Shown: piece by piece, positions 50,784-63,345 of the stretch
How positions within the stretch are numbered: the first letter of the stretch is position 1
Layout of the letters: each line of letters starts with the position of its first letter
DNA from: Syncephalis fuscata S228
Taxonomy: Eukaryota; Fungi; Zoopagomycota
Length of the DNA stretch: 64,000 bases
Assembly (NCBI GenBank): GCA_025786725.1
Contig: JAHLTZ010000013.1
Span: 604,899 to 668,898 of the forward strand
Reading direction: 5' to 3'
Notes under the pieces: model-generated
Databases searched by the model: none
The model's input: the letters and a program-made list of their open reading frames with translations, nothing else
What the model was told of the DNA's origin: nothing
Translations under genes and position numbers: made by a program

Positions 50784-53700
50784 CACAAAAAAGGGTTCTA
50801 CCACTACGGGACCTAGTATTGGAGTTCGAAAAACGGTCACGCTAATGGCTTCATATTAGGAAGGTGCCACTCAAGCAGTAGTGCTGTGGCAATGTGCTGT
50901 GCAGATTGAGGCCAATATGAGTAAAATACAACGAGTAAAGTGACCATTACATAGATAAATACGTAAAAACAACGCTGGGGAAGCAAGTGATGCGTAAACT
51001 ACGTAAAACAAACAAACAAAATACGGTAGCTGAACTACGAGTAATGACCTGCAAGAACCATACTGACTGGTCATTAGCTGAAATTACTGCAATGACTGCA
51101 ATGACTGCACTAGAATAGGCCAATTGACCCCCAGTAGCCAGTATACCATACAACAATCAACACACTATCATAATAAACAAATTATAGCAATAAATAAACA
51201 AATTTATTTGTATACTTATTATTTTTACCAATATTTGACCAATATTGCTATGATATGCATATACAATTCTGAATAAAAACAATAAATATTTACACATCGC
51301 ATTTTATTGATCCATTATAACCAGAATTGTCGTCTGAGTACGCAGAACCAATCGGATTTGCTGTATATTTTTTCGTTAATTTACTATTAATTTTTTAGTG
51401 TGTCCATTGTGACTGCGTAATATGGTAATTAGCGAACTGAGTGTAAGGAATGGCCAGTTTCAACTATAAAGCTAGCGTAAAATGGACAGCGCCAATCGAT
51501 AGAGCGTGGCCATTATACTGTATAACAATATACAACAACACGCTATAAAATAAAACACATATGGTATACAACGTCAAATTTACAGTGATAAGTTACAGTG
51601 TACCACTATGGCCATTTCAAGTGCCCTCACAAAAGGGTTCTACCACTACGGGACCTAGTATTGGAGTTCGAAAAACGGTCACGCTAATGGCTTCATATTA
51701 GGAAGGTGCCACTCAAGCAGTAGTGCTGTGGCAATGTGCTGTGCAGATTGAGGCCAATATGAGTAAAATACAACGAGTAAAGTGACCATTACATAGATAA
51801 ATACGTAAAAACAACGCTGGGGAAGCAAGTGATGCGTAAACTACGTAAAACAACAAAAAAACAAAATACGGTAGCTGAACTACGAGTAATGACCTGCAAG
51901 AACCATACTGACTGGTCATTAGCTGAAATTACTGCAATGACTGCAATGACTGCACTAGAATAGGCCGAATTGACCCCCAGTAGCCAGTATACCATACACC
52001 AATCAACACACTATCATAATAAACAAATTATAGCAATAAATAAACAAATTTATTTGTATACTTATTATTTTTACCAATATTTGACCAATATTGCTATGAT
52101 ATGCATATACAATTCTGAATAAAAACAATAAATATTTAGACATTTTATTTTATTGGCTTATTATAACCAGAATTGTCGTCTGAGTACGCAGAACCAATCG
52201 GATTTGCTGTATATTTTTTCGTTAATTTACTATTAATTTTTTAGTGTGTCCAGTTGTGACTGCGTAATATGGTAATTAGCGAACTGAGTGTAAGGAATGG
52301 CCAGTTTCAACTATAAAGCTAGCGTAAAATGGACAGCGCCAATCGATAGAGCGTGGCCATTATACTGTATAACAATATACAACAACACGCTATAAAATAA
52401 AACACATATGGTATACAACGTCAAATTTACAGTGATAAGTTACAGTGTACCACTATGGCCATTTCAAGTGCCCTCACAAAAGGGTTCTACCACTACGGGA
52501 CCTAGTATTGGAGTTCGAAAAACGGTCACGCTAATGGCTTCATATTAGGAAGGTGCCACTCAAGCAGTAGTGCTGTGGCAATGTGCTGTGCAGATTGAGG
52601 CCAATATGAGTAAAATACAACGAGTAAAGTGACCATTACATAGATAAATACGTAAAAACAACGCTGGGGAAGCAAGTGATGCGTAAACTACGTAAAACAA
52701 AACAAAATACGCTAGCTGAACTACGAGTAATGACCTGCAAGAACCATACTGACTGGTCATTAGCTGAAATTACTGCAATGACTGCAATGACTGCACTAGA
52801 ATAGGCCGAATTGACCCCCAGTAGCCAGTATACCATACACCAATCAACACACTATCATAATAAACAAATTATAGCAATAAATAAACAAATTTATTTGTAT
52901 ACTTATTATTTTTACCAATATTTGACCAATATTGCTATGATATGCATATACAATTCTGAATAAAAACAATAAATATTTACACATCGCATTTTATTGATCC
53001 ATTATAACCAGAATTGTCGTCTGAGTACGCAGAACCAATCGGATTTGCTGTATATTTTTTCGTTAATTTACTATTAATTTTTTAGTGTGTCCAATTGTGA
53101 CTGCGTAATATGGTAATTAGCGAACTGAGTGTAAGGAATGGCCAGTTTCAACTATAAAGCTAGCGTAAAATGGACAGCGCCAATCGATAGAGCGTGGCCA
53201 TTATACTGTATAACAATATACAACAACACGCTATAAAATAAAACACATATGGTATACAACGTCAAATTTACAGTGATAAGTTACAGTGTACCACTATGGC
53301 CATTTCAAGTGCCCTCACAAAAGGGTTCTACCACTACGGGACCTAGTATTGGAGTTCGAAAAACGGTCACGCTAATGGCTTCATATTAGGAAGGTGCCAC
53401 TCAAGCAGTAGTGCTGTGGCAATGTGCTGTGCAGATTGAGGCCAATATGAGTAAAATACAACGAGTAAAGTGACCATTACATAGATAAATACGTAAAAAC
53501 AACGCTGGGGAAGCAAGTGATGCGTAAACTACGTAAAAACAAACAAAATACGGTAGCTGAACTACGAGTAATGACCTGCAAGAACCATACTGACTGGTCA
53601 TTAGCTGAAATTACTGCAATGACTGCAATGACTGCACTAGAATAGGCCAATTGACCCCCAGTAGCCAGTATACCATACACCAATCAACACACTATCATAA

Positions 53701-54163
53701 TAAACAAATTATAGCAATAAATAAACAAATTTATTTGTATACTTATTATTTTTACCAATATTTGACCAATATTGCTATGATATGCATATACAATTCTGAA
53801 TAAAAACAATAAATATTTAACATCGCATTTTATTGTCATTATAACCAGAATTGTCGTCTGAGTACGCAGAACCAATCGGATTTGCTGTATATTTTTTCGT
53901 TAATTTACTATTAATTTTTTAGTGTGTCCATTGTGACTGCGTAATATGGTAATTAGCGAACTGAGTGTAAGGAATGGCCAGTTTCAACTATAAAGCTAGC
54001 GTAAAATGGACAGCGCCAATCGATAGAGCGTGGCCATTATACTGTATAACAATATACAACAACACGCTATAAAATAAAACACATATGGTATACAACGTCA
54101 AATTTACAGTGATAAGTTACAGTGTACCACTATGGCCATTTCAAGTGCCCTCACAAAAGGGTT
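50784..54163. repeat. Four head-to-tail near-identical ~841-bp units
   Basis: GGGTTCTACCACTACGGG starts at 50793, 51635, 52482 and 53323; the array ends at CACAAAAGGGTT (54152-54163). Periods are 842, 847, 841 and 836 bp. Confidence 0.97.
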
Positions 54164-54329
54164 TAACATTAAGGTACGTTTTGTTATAAAAAGCCCTAAA
54201 ACATAAACACGCGCTTATTTAATAATAGATCTAGAAGCAAAACAGCAATGGTGTTGCATAGCTCTTACGCATTATACAATAAATGGCATACAATATAATG
54301 AATGTACAGCGTAATAAGTGGATTAAGTG

Positions 54330-54570
54330 AGGTGTGTTGCCGCATATAATAAACAAAATGTGTCTAGTGTATCATATGATGCTATATAGTAGTGTTTCAA
54401 TAAATTATAGTGATATATGTAAATAAAATATAGATGTGTACTGGATAATAAATCCACGATAATAAGTATTTTGACAGCTGGTACCACTCACCACCAGTTC
54501 TATATCCAATAGAACGAATGGCAGGTTTTAATGGGACAAATATTATTAAATTAGTCATTTTATTATAAAT
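54330..54570 (-). repeat. Diverged solo foldback-arm copy
   Basis: AAAATGTGTCTAGT..GTACTGGATAA..AAGTATTTTGA..CACTCACCACC..CAATAGA..TTAGTCATTT, same family as 40850-41110. Confidence 0.65.
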
Positions 54571-55133
54571 CGGATTGTAATTAAATGGCTTGATGATTGA
54601 TGTTATTCATCACCTAGCATTATATTCAATGAAATAAGTATTATTAAATGTAATGATTTGATTACCAAATTATTAACAGCTTATTAAATATTAACGTAAC
54701 ACAATATAAATGACGTTTAAATAAAATACTAGTACTATTGTTAAATGAGTGGTGGTGTTGAAATATGTTATTATTATTTTAGCAAAATAACATGCGCATA
54801 CACCTTCATTTTGTTACAGTAACATTGTAACAAAGTGGCCATTTCCGTGGCCACTAAATTACTAGTCAGTCACACATGGCAAATACTATTTTTATTTTTT
54901 TATTTTTATTTTTATTTTTATTTTTATTATTTTATTTTCTTGTATATTGTTCTACTCGATACTAGCTATCAACTAGAGCAATATATAAACACACCAGTTA
55001 TCACAAATAAAAACATGATCAATTTTTATACAAATTTACGTTTATTTCTCTCTAACTTGTGCTTTGTCACTTGTCCAAGTAATCTGCATACTCAGTGTAT
55101 CTCATCAGGTTACATTAAGCAAAAAATACTCAA

Positions 55134-58033
55134 ATGTTCTCTCTCATTACTACGTATTTTGCCAAGCGTGCTCGCGTTGAGCAACCAGCTTCTAGTGTAG
55201 CTGAGCAATCTACTTCTAGTGTAGCTAATCAGCCTAATACTACTTCTTTATTCAAGCGTGCTCGTGTCAAACAATTGAATAGTAGTCCCGTGCCTATAAC
55301 CTCTGATGATTCAACATGTAAGTATCATTTTAATCTGTATATTGTACAATTTGTAGCAACGACTCTAACTTCAGCTTCACTATAGGCAGTATGAATATCA
55401 GCGTGTTTGAGGGATACACTCAAGAGCATGATCATAAGCAAAGCGATGCCCCTTATCATCTTAGAAATATTAATTATGTCCGTACACATATTCAAGGAGT
55501 GTCTGGTGATTTAAAAGACAAATATTGTGTTAAAAACTTTTCTGATGAATCCCCCAAAACTAAAATACGTCGAGACATTGATTCAATTGCGATAGTTTGC
55601 GATGAAATTAAAACAATACCTGTCACATCTTGTGACATCGATATAATGGTCAGGGCCAATTACAATTTCTCTTACAAGTCTGATACCGGCGTTGTTTATA
55701 ATCACCATACATTAACAAAAGGTGAAGACGTTAAAATATTCCATATACCAAATTTAAATTTTGCTAAATTCGGTAAATTACAGGTAATGTATACAAAAAT
55801 ACGTTTTATTTAAGCTAATCATTGGTGATTTTACTATTGTTTAATTATAGGTTGTAATATGTTTTCCCGCCTTGTATTATAAGCGATCCTTGAATCAAAC
55901 AAAGCATACATATGCTGTTGATCAAGCTACTCATAAGCTTTTTGTGGATTCGGTACTTATACCTGCCCTTAATAATTTATCTGACAGTGAAGTTTTGTCT
56001 GTTCCTTTATCATACGATTCTACTCAAGTAAACACTAGCGTTAGTTTATATTCCGATACAGTAGACGAACTTCTTACGCAAATGCGTAGAATAATATTAA
56101 ATAATCCTGATACCAAGGACTTTGATTCATTTTTTTTCATCGTTTGGGGACTAGGATTTAAAAAAAGGTACCCTGATGAAGGTATTATTTCACTGCATTC
56201 GCCTAGAAAAATATTAGAAACTTTCAACTTGAATTGGGACATTATCCCTTTAGATAAAACATATATTGATGTTGGATTTTCTATTTTACCTATCGAATGT
56301 AATTATCCGTTAACTGGTTTTGTTAAAGACCATGATGACATTGCTTTTCATTTTTTTAGTGATGATCCCATCCGTTTGGCTAGTGGTAAGCTAGAATATA
56401 TATATATATGCGTTTTGCCAAATCATATTTTATTGTTTACTGACTTTTTCACCTATATTCATAGCAACTCGTCGTTATGATAGTTTTTGCAACTTTGAAA
56501 ATTTTGGTGGTTTTAAACACACCAACACTGTTCGCTCGAGGCTGATAAATATGCAAGTCTACAGCCTGAGCAAACACGCCTTCTATACACGAGCTTCAGG
56601 CAATTCTGATCGTCATGGACGTGATTTCAGCCCAAATGAAGTACTTGAAAAAGGCAGAGGTGCCATTAAGTTTATAGTAAGTGCTTGCAAAATTATGGTC
56701 AATTATTGATTTGTAATTAATTTCTTTTTAGAAATTAATCGAAAAAAATATTGAATTGATGAAAAAGAAGAATTATGGTGTTCGTTTTGAATTCCGGTTA
56801 ATTATGACCGAGTTTAATACCGACATTCAAAACATAGAAGACAAATTTGGGTAATATATAAATTTAAATTACTATACTTGCTAACATTTTTATTTATAGA
56901 GTTGAAGTGTACGAAAAAGTTGTTTGGAATTATTCTGATCAGCTTTGGTCCTATGCTGGCAATAGAATTAACGCTTTGTGGTATCTGGTAGAGACAAATT
57001 ATCTTTCGGTCAGCAACAGATACTCAGATCAACACCTGTCTTTTATTGCCCAGCTTAGCTATATGTTATCGGCAGTATTCCACCGCCCGATGGACAGATC
57101 TCAGTGGCGCGACACTGTCGGCCAAACGTTAAAAAACCATCGCCGTCTAGATTCTAGTGCTTGTTTTCTTCCTAACCTTATCGAGTCTAATTCAGATGAT
57201 AATCGTTGGTCAACAAGTGACATTTATACTGTTGATAAACTGAAAGCCATTTTTGAATTTAGCCAATTCGAAACTGACAGGATTACTGTAACTTTAACTA
57301 ATACCTCTGATACTGATACTTTTACTGATGTAGCCGAATCATTGCCTATCATTAATAGTCTGCCGAGTGGCCCAGTTTATAAATTCAACTTAGAAGTGGA
57401 TGACTGCCAATATCACAAGCATATTAAGACTGAACACTATCATTTTGATAAAGCCTGTCAATATTTCTGTACTCATCGTCTTGGACCAGGAAATGTGGCG
57501 CCTTTTGTTGACCTTTATATGGATGAAGTGTTTACTATGTACAAGTGGGATGAATTTGTAAAGGAGGAACATAAAGAAGGCTTTAATAGATTTGGACGAC
57601 GAATATTCTCCAACGAAGCGGATTTTCACCTTAAGCTGATTGTAAATATTTAAGCTGTTTTGTTTAATACTTCATTGAACATAATTAACTTTGCTATTTA
57701 TTCATTTAGAAAAAAAGCGTTCAATTAACAACATCTAACTATTACGAGACCTGGACAGAGAAATGGTATTTTCCCTCCCATGCTGTTATTGAAGAAGATC
57801 CCATTGACACGAGCCATCCACATAAAAGCGGGAGATGGAGCAAGCACGGTGCAAGAACAGCATACATAATACTTGCGCGCCAGAATGATGTTAAAGAGGA
57901 GTTTATAAACTTTCGTTTGGCGTGTCTTGAATATCTTAGAAGCCACTATCCTATTATCCCTAAATGTGCTAAGAGCAAATTATACGTCGTGGCACAACGA
58001 AAAATGCAGTTTGTTCAAACAGCCAATAATTAA
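55134..58033 (+). CDS. Intact 7-exon gene encoding an 837-aa protein of unknown function in the repeat region
   Basis: Exons 55134-55317, 55386-55783, 55851-56385, 56465-56676, 56732-56850, 56900-57641 and 57710-58033 sum to 2514 nt, all GT-AG with consistent phases. Motif-like segments: DIDSI, HIPNLNFAKFG..CFPALY, FVDSVLIPAL, YIDVG, QVYSLSKH, YGVRFEFRL. Confidence 0.8.
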
Positions 58034-58102
58034 AAATATTTTTGAATAAACTTATTTTATAATAAAGTTTATTACATTTATAGCAATTTATTAATAATTC
58101 AA

Positions 58103-59154
58103 TATGATTTGGGGGTCAAATGACTATTTTTAATAACATTCGCGCAATTGAACTGCACATTCAATCTATTGAACATGGGGACAAGTGGTGAGTTTGATTT
58201 AATCGTCACATCATCACACTTATTGCTTTTTTGGGGGACAAATGACTAATATTTAATAACGCCCAATCTATTGAACATGATGATGGGCGGTAAGTGACAT
58301 CAATCATCAAATACTCATCATTGTAGATTTATTGTCCAATATGCATATATCTACTATCTACCTATATCATTACCATTTTATGACATATTGAATACATTCT
58401 GTTTGCTATGAGTTTTAAATATATATAGTCTAATGAGCAAGCTGAGCGAGATTAGTCGAACTTTATTAATAATAGAGCTAAAACAAAAAAAAACAGCTGC
58501 AATAGATAGCCAGCAGCCATTAGACAATAAAACGGCATATAATATAAAGAATATGCAATACGCAGTGACGATTAGCAATGTTAAAGTTATTGAGCATATA
58601 TGCATGAGCAGATAACCGACATTAGTCGATATTTATTAATAATAAAGCTAGAACAAAAGTATAAACAGATTTGCATAAAGCATGGCTTAGGGAGTATAAA
58701 ATGCTATATAGAATAATAAATGTACGGTGAAAAAGCATATAAAATAAAGTTAAAGCTATAGCGCATATAGCGCAATGAGTAGATTGAATGGAGTTTGTTG
58801 GTGTATATAAACAATAAAGTGTGTCTAGTCTATCGTAGAATGGGATACAATGGTGTGGGATAGTACAGGAATGATATAGGTAAATAAAATATATATGTGT
58901 ACTGAATATATGCATACTGGATAACGAATCTATGCTGATGAGTATTTTGATGATTGATGTCACTCACCACTCATCATCATGTTCAATAGATTGGGCGTTA
59001 TTAAATATTAGTCATTTGTCCCCCAAAAAAGCAATAAGTGTGATGATGTGACGATTAAATCAAACTCACCACTTGTCCCCATGTTCAATAGATTGAATGT
59101 GCAGTTCAATTGCGCGAATGTTATTAAAAATAGTCATTTGACACCCAAATCATA
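58103..59154. mobile_element. ~1.05-kb foldback/MITE-like element with ~250-bp inverted arms
   Basis: 58103-~58350 is the reverse complement of ~58905-59154, nearly perfect over the outer ~180 bp (TATGATTTGGG.GTCAAATGACTATTTTTAATAACATTCGCGCAATTGAACTGCAC...). No coding interior; no TSD resolved. Confidence 0.75.
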
Positions 59155-59579
59155 ATATAATCTAATGATTTGATAATTTAATAAAAATGAATATTTAATA
59201 AAATAAACGTTTAGTTTGACTGGGCGAGTGCTGGCAAACAAGTCAATTGGTACCAATCATAATAATTGTTTATTCATATTACATCAGCACTTGCACCCAC
59301 ACTATAAAAACAGACTGCCGATCGCATAGCACACGATTTGCGTCACACGTTCCTCTTTCTCATCCACCACACTTGACAGCATTTATCCACTAGCCACCTT
59401 CCCACTTGCACTTGTTTCCATAAGTCCGGTATATGCTTTGCTTGCTATATGTCATTGTTAGTCTGTTAGTATAAGCATGCCTAGTCTCGGTACTACATAC
59501 CGCCCTGCTGTATGGCGCCATACAGCAGTGCTAGCGGTATCGTTTTACCTTGTGGGCAGCTGCTAGTATGCTAACTGTG

Positions 59580-60010
59580 GCAATATATGCTACCAAACAT
59601 ATACCGTTATCTTCCTCTTTCTCTTCATCCTTTTTTTCACCAACCTTCCATTACTTACCGTACTAGCAACAGTGTATGCTGGATATATGCTACCAAGCAT
59701 ACACTGTTATCATCCTCTTTCTCTTCCCTCCTTCTTCCCCATCCTTTTCACCAACCTTCCATTACTTACCGTACTAGCAACAGTGTATGCTGGCTATATG
59801 CTACCAAGCATACACTATTCTCATCCTCTTTCACTTTACTCCTTCTTCCCTATCCTTTTCACCAATCTTCCATTACTTACCGTACTAGCAACAGTGTATG
59901 CTGGATATATGCTACCAAGCATATACTGTTCCTTTCTCACCCTCTCCTCACCCTCTCCTCATCATTACCTCTATACCTTCCATTGCTCACCGTGCTAGCA
60001 ATAGTGTGTT
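59580..60010. repeat. ~110-bp hairpin minisatellite (~4 units), copy 2
   Basis: Same unit as 46300-46745. Stem AACAGTGTATGCT...AGCATACACTGTT. Confidence 0.85.
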
Positions 60011-60270
60011 TAGCTATGGTAGTAGCATATGGTGGCACTCTGTACTGGCCATACAGCAGTGCCATTATATGCACTGCCTGTAAACACCTGCTAGCACGAT
60101 GTTGCATTGGCAGCTCTTCTTCTCTTTCCCTTTTCACTTTAACAAACCACTTACCGGTCCTTCTTTATGATACACTGATTATGCAATGGTAAGTAACTAA
60201 CTTAAATCAGTCACTAACTCTGCATATAATGCTTTAGATTTACAAGCCATCAAGTATCAAGTTCAAGGAC

Positions 60271-61966
60271 AATGGCGATTAGTGTGTTAGCGGCCGGCTA
60301 CCAAGCAATATAACAACCAATGTTATATTGATGACTTTAAATTTAGATTACTAACTTACTAACCTGTATTGATAATTACAGCTTTATATCATAAATAAAA
60401 ATCACCAAATTGTTTTAGTGTGCTAGCGGCCGGCTACACAACATTGCAACATACTAACTTTATACATATATTGTTTTAAATTTTAGATACCGGATACTAA
60501 CACTAACATTTATTGATTATTATAGATTTTAGATAGCCGGACACCAGTACCAACACCGGCATCAACACCAGCACCAGTACCAACACCGGCATTAGCACCA
60601 ACACCAGTACCAACACCGGTATCAGCGCCAACATCGACACCAGCACCAACATCAACACCAGTACCAGTACCAGTACCAGCACCGGCATCAGCACCAACAC
60701 CGCATCGACATCAACACCAACACCAACACCAGCATCAGCACCAACACCAGTACCAGCATCAGCACCAGTACCAGCATCAGCACCAGCACCAACATCGACA
60801 CCAGCACCGGCATCAGCACCGACACCGACATCAGCACCAACACCGACATCAGCACCAGCACCAGTACCAACACCGACATCAGCACCAGCACCAGTACCAG
60901 CACCGGCATCAGCACCGACATCAGCACCAGCACCAGTACCAGCACCGGCATCAGCATCGGCATCAACACCAACATCAGCACCAGCACCAGCACCGGCATC
61001 AACACCAACACCAACACCAGCATCAGCACCAGCACCAGCACCGGCATTAACACCAACACCAGCGCCAACACCAACATCGACACCAGCGCCAACACCAGCA
61101 CCAGCATCGGCATTAACACCAGCACCAGCACCAGCACCAACACCGACATCAGCACCAGCACCAGTACCAACACCGGCATCAGCACCAGCACCAGTACCAG
61201 CACCGGCATCAGCACCAACACCAGCATCGGCATCAACACCAACATCAGCACCAGCACCAGCACCGGCATCAACACCAACACCAACACCAGCATCAGCACC
61301 AGCACCAGCACCGGCACCGGCATTAACACCAACACCAGTATCAACACCAGCATCAGCACCAACACCAACATGGACACCAGCGCCAACACCAGCACCAGCA
61401 TCGGCATTAACACCAGCACCAGCACCAGCACCAACACCGACATCAGCACCAGCACCAGCACCAACACCGACATCAGCACCAGCACCAGTACCAACACCGG
61501 CATCAGCACCAGCACCAGTACCAGCACCGGCATCAGCACCGACATCAGCACCAGCACCAGTACCAGCACCGGCATCAGCACCAACACCAGCATCGGCATC
61601 AACACCAACATCAGCACCAGCACCGGCATCAACACCAACACCAACACCAGCATCAGCACCAGCACCGGCATTAACACCAACACCAGCACCAGTATCAACA
61701 TCGGCACCGGCACCGGCACCAACATTAGTAACAACATCAACATTGGCATCAACACTAAACACTAACATTGTATTTATTATTTTAGAATCGTAGGTAGCCA
61801 GCCATGGACACCTAGCGTAAGTATTATTATTATACATAGCCGGCCGCTAGCACACTAAAACCAAATATGCAATATCAATTCAAGACAATTGTCTACTAAC
61901 GTATTAACATTGTATTTATTGTTTTAGAATTGTAGGTAGCCGGCCGCTAACACACTAATCGCCATT
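60271..61966. mobile_element. Putative non-autonomous element with nested inverted repeats and hexamer array (copy 2)
   Basis: Perfect 32-bp outer IR (60271-60302 / 61935-61966) and 25-bp inner IR (60412-60436 / 61837-61861). Hexamer array ~60541-61755. Confidence 0.62.
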
Positions 61967-63021
61967 TTAAGTAAGTAAGTAATGTGATAAAGCAGTTGTA
62001 GCAGTATCCATCATAATTTGTATGTGGTGGTATATCGCCACTAATAAACGGCGGTATACCATCACAACAATAGCAACAATAGCAACAATAGCAACTTCAC
62101 AAGTACTTGATGTGACATCATCAAGATTAATTGATACTATTGCTATCAATTAACAGCAAGATTAAAAAAGAAATATTGGATCAATTAATAATATATTATT
62201 TATTGGTAATATCCAAGGGATTATTTATTGATATTACCAAACAATATCCGAGCAAAGCATTAAATAAAAGCACATAGCTACTAAATAAGTAGATGCAAAG
62301 GTTTATACTTTTGCATCTCAATCAAAAAATCAATACAATAAAGATTATACAATTAGTATATTTTGCACATACTAACTAGTCATTAAACAATTTAATGATG
62401 CTTATAGTATGATCAGCAGATCAAAAGGCAATATTTAAAAGCATTTAATGTACTGAACATGATAATGGATGATGAATAAATAAAATAGAAAATAGACATT
62501 AATGTATTATTATTATCCAGTAAGCATATATCCAGAGAGCATATACTCAATATGCATACATCCATTATTTACATATATCATTGTATGATATCGTGTGTAT
62601 ATTATATTAATTGTAGAAAGCAATATACACGACTCATTCACGTCAGTATGTTATAGTGCTTACAACATGCAATGATTTATATTAATTATTATCTCACATA
62701 TATGATTTATTGCATCGGTAGATTGACACTCACATTTTGAAGAATAGAATTTAGCACTCATTACCATAAGAGTTATGTACGTTTACATACACAGATGTAA
62801 CATTAACTAAACAATAACATTGAATTAAATATATTGTTCTAGAACATATATTGACAGACATATACTAATTGAATAATGGAACAAATAAATATAGAATTAA
62901 TTGAATGAATGAGTGATTGACTAATTTACGGACAAATTGAATAACTAAATAAGCAACTAATTTACCAACTGAACAACTAAATGATCAACTAAATGAATAA
63001 AGAATAAGTAATTTACCAACT

Positions 63022-63345
63022 ATTGACTAACTAGTTGGCATAATTGACTAACTAGTTGGCATAATTGACTAACTAGTTGGCATAATTGACTAACTAGTTG
63101 GCATAATTTACCAACTAATTGACTAACAATATTACAGACTAACGACTCGACTAATTAGTTGACATTAATAATCAACAATATAAGAATTAGACAACCAAAA
63201 GCATAAATGATTAAACAATAGACTAAATAACAAAATGGTTGACAGATTGACAGACTGGTCAACTAACGGATTGAATAAGCAATTAAATGACAGATTGAAT
63301 AAGCAATTAAATGACAGATTGAATAAGCAATTAAATGACAGATTG
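63022..63345. repeat. Copy-2-specific short tandem expansions (21 bp x4, 24 bp x3)
   Basis: ATTGACTAACTAGTTGGCATA x4 at 63022-63107 and GATTGAATAAGCAATTAAATGACA x3 at ~63269-63345. Each occurs once in copy 1. Confidence 0.85.

Noticed and set aside
50784-51630. 5S rRNA, tRNA or snRNA within the 841-bp unit (GAGTTCGAA resembles a B-box)
   Set aside because: No cloverleaf, A-box or 5S/snRNA similarity recognisable by eye. An Rfam scan would be decisive.
50871-53875. Repeated 63-69 aa minus-strand ORFs in the 841-bp units
   Set aside because: Short, overlapping in two frames, no recognisable domain, and starts shift with indels between copies.
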